Shown one piece after another: positions 62,119 through 64,000 of a stretch of 64,000 nt of DNA (position 1 is the first letter of the stretch; every line of letters starts with the position of its first letter). The stretch spans positions 22,496 through 86,495 of the forward strand of contig CADBKZ010000006.1 of assembly GCA_902795355.1 (NCBI GenBank), written 5' to 3'. The notes below the pieces were generated by a model. It searched no databases. It had not been told where the DNA came from and saw only the letters and a program-made list of their open reading frames with translations. The stretch is from an uncultured Ruminococcus sp. Its GTDB lineage: Bacteria; Bacillota; Clostridia; Oscillospirales; CAG-272. The position numbers and the translations under genes are program-made.

Positions 62119-63179
62119 GTTGTTTCCTCCAATATTTCTTTTACCGCCGCGAGAAGCCGTTCCATTTCAACAGGACTCCCGACGGTGATACGGTTATAAT
62201 CGGTTAGGCGGGGCGCGCCGAAATGGCGCACGAGGACCCCGCGCCCGCGCAGAGCGAGATAAAGCGATTCCCCGCCGATTTTCGGGTGCTTTGCAAACAG
62301 GAAATTGGTTTTGGACGGGATGACCTCAAACCCGAGTTTTTGCAATGCGTGTGTGCAAAATTCGCGGGTTTTAACAATGGCCGCGCAGTTCTCGCGGGTG
62401 TATGTTTCGTCCTCGATCGCGCCGATCCCCGCGGCCATCGTCACGCGGTTGACGTTATAGGGATTGGTGGAATTGCGGATGATTTGCAGGTCGCGGATCA
62501 GGCTTTCCCGCGCAATGCCGAACCCCAAGCGCGCGCCCGCCATGGAGCGCGATTTGGAAAAAGTTTGCGTTACCAGCAGGTTTTCGTATTTGCGGATGAG
62601 CGGCACACAGGATTCCGCGCCGAAATCCACATACGCCTCGTCCACCACAACCACGCCGTTCGGGTGCGCCGCAAGGATTCGTTCTATTTCGGCCGCGGGA
62701 AGCGCAATGCCCGTTGGCGCGTTGGGGTTTGCCAGAAAAACGGTTCCCGCGGCCTCGCAAAGCCCCTGCACATCCACCGTGAAATCCTCTTTGAGCGGAA
62801 CTTCGGTATAGGGAATCCCATGCAGGTTTGCGAAAACGGGGTAAAACCCGTAGGTAACGTCGGGAAACACGGCGGGGCGATCCGCGCCGCAGAACGCCAT
62901 GAACGCGAAGTTGAGAATTTCATCCGACCCGTTGGTTGCCATCACCTCGTCCGCGCCCACTCCCACCAAGGCCGCAAACCGCTCGTTCAACGCTTTTGCC
63001 GTGGGGTCGGAATAGAGTTGGAGACGCGTCAGCTCCTCTTTTGCCGCGGCAACGGCGCGCGGCGACGGCGGATAGGGCGACTCGTTGGTGTTGAGCTTGA
63101 TATAGGTGCGCTCCCGCGGTTGTTCCCCCGCGGTATACGGCACCAAATTTGCGTACCGTGTATGAAAAAATCGGCTCAT
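62115..63179 (-). CDS. hisC: histidinol-phosphate aminotransferase
   Basis: MSRFFHTRYANLVPYTAGEQP...IKLNTNESPYPPSP and TFSKSRSMAGARLG (PLP lysine). ATG 63179 overlaps the hisD stop. Confidence 0.9.
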   Translation of the reverse strand: MSRFFHTRYANLVPYTAGEQPRERTYIKLNTNESPYPPSPRAVAAAKEELTRLQLYSDPTAKALNERFAALVGVGADEVMATNGSDEILNFAFMAFCGADRPAVFPDVTYGFYPVFANLHGIPYTEVPLKEDFTVDVQGLCEAAGTVFLANPNAPTGIALPAAEIERILAAHPNGVVVVDEAYVDFGAESCVPLIRKYENLLVTQTFSKSRSMAGARLGFGIARESLIRDLQIIRNSTNPYNVNRVTMAAGIGAIEDETYTRENCAAIVKTREFCTHALQKLGFEVIPSKTNFLFAKHPKIGGESLYLALRGRGVLVRHFGAPRLTDYNRITVGSPVEMERLLAAVKEILEETT

Positions 63180-64000
63180 TTTCCGCCTTCCTCCGTGCGG
63201 ATAAGCGCGCTTTTGGCATGCGCCGTCAGCCCCTCGCAGCGGGCAAAATAGGCAACGTCGTCGGCAAGGTCCGCAAGCGCGTCCTTTGTAAAATAGGTGA
63301 ATTGGGTTTTCTTCATAAAGTCGTCCACCGAGAGCGGGCTGGAAAACTTTGCGGTGCCGCCCGTCGGGAGCGTGTGGTTGGGGCCGGCCATGTAATCGCC
63401 GAGCGCCTCGGGGCAGTTGCGCCCCATGAAGATGGACCCCGCATGGCGAATGCTGCCGAGATAGGCAAACGGATCCTCTACGCACAGTTCAAGATGCTCC
63501 GGCGCGATCTCGTTGGCAATCTCCACCACCGTTCCGAGGTCGTCCGCAACGATGATCTTCCCGTTGGCGTCAATGGAAGCCCGCGCGATTTCGGCGCGCT
63601 CCAACAGGGGAATCTGCCGTTCGAGTTCGGCCTGCACGGCCTGCGCCAGCTCCATGGAATCGGTTACGAGAACGGCCGAGGCGAGTTTATCATGCTCGGC
63701 CTGCGAGAGCAGATCGGCGGCGAGGTGGCGCGGGTTGCTCAACCCATCCGAAACGATCAGAATTTCGCTCGGCCCCGCGATCATATCAATGGAGACCTCG
63801 CCGAACACCTGTTTTTTCGCCTCGGCAACGAACGCGTTCCCGGGGCCGACGATCTTATCCACCTTCGGGATCGTTTCGGTTCCGTAGGCAAGCGCGGCGA
63901 TGGCCTGCGCGCCGCCCACCTTGAAAATGCGGTCGATCCCCGCGACCTGCGCCGCGGCGAGGATGGCGGGATTTACGGTTCCGTCCTTTCCCGGGGGCGT
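63176..64000 (-). CDS. hisD: histidinol dehydrogenase (C-terminal 274 codons; 5' end beyond the right window edge)
   Basis: GGAQAIAALAYGTETIPKVDKIVGPGNAFVAEAK, SQAEHD and GDYMAGPNHTLPT. The frame stays open to position 64000. Confidence 0.9.
   Translation of the reverse strand, partial: TPPGKDGTVNPAILAAAQVAGIDRIFKVGGAQAIAALAYGTETIPKVDKIVGPGNAFVAEAKKQVFGEVSIDMIAGPSEILIVSDGLSNPRHLAADLLSQAEHDKLASAVLVTDSMELAQAVQAELERQIPLLERAEIARASIDANGKIIVADDLGTVVEIANEIAPEHLELCVEDPFAYLGSIRHAGSIFMGRNCPEALGDYMAGPNHTLPTGGTAKFSSPLSVDDFMKKTQFTYFTKDALADLADDVAYFARCEGLTAHAKSALIRTEEGGK

Overview
High-GC chromosomal segment of a spore-forming Firmicute. It looks Clostridia-like: it has yqfC-yqfD-phoH-ybeY-era-recO-mutS2, ylbJ, a T-box leader, and many TTGACA-17-TATAAT promoters. 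There are about 62 protein genes, most on the minus strand, plus one tRNA(CAU). Left to right the window holds:
- a partial Sfp-type PPTase and a Fur-family regulator;
- a long minus-strand operon with an atypical Opp/Dpp-type peptide ABC importer, followed by three genes ending in a secreted nuclease;
- ackA, a BspA-type LRR lipoprotein, and an orphan trpB2 under a T-box;
- a lone tRNA(CAU) next to a decayed B3/4-domain gene;
- a 10-gene unit with its own promoter that joins metal/Cys-rich envelope proteins to a ThiS-like/E1/JAMM/rhodanese/TusA/DsrE/TtcA sulfur relay;
- two AraC-flanked loci, each with a large secreted protein followed by a short ORF absent from the supplied ORF track;
- a GH37 trehalase / SGNH esterase / EEP phosphoesterase / orphan SBP locus;
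- mscL, lipase-like and glutaminase-like genes, alr, secG, and the housekeeping/sporulation cluster;
- a ~680-bp gene-free, highly structured repeat region;
- hisD-C-B-H-A-F-IE, ending in a translationally coupled YfcE-type phosphoesterase.
No CRISPR array, transposase, integrase or phage genes were seen. All family calls come from motif recognition by eye; no searches or computations were run. Coordinates of non-coding features were anchored against ORF-track start and stop positions.
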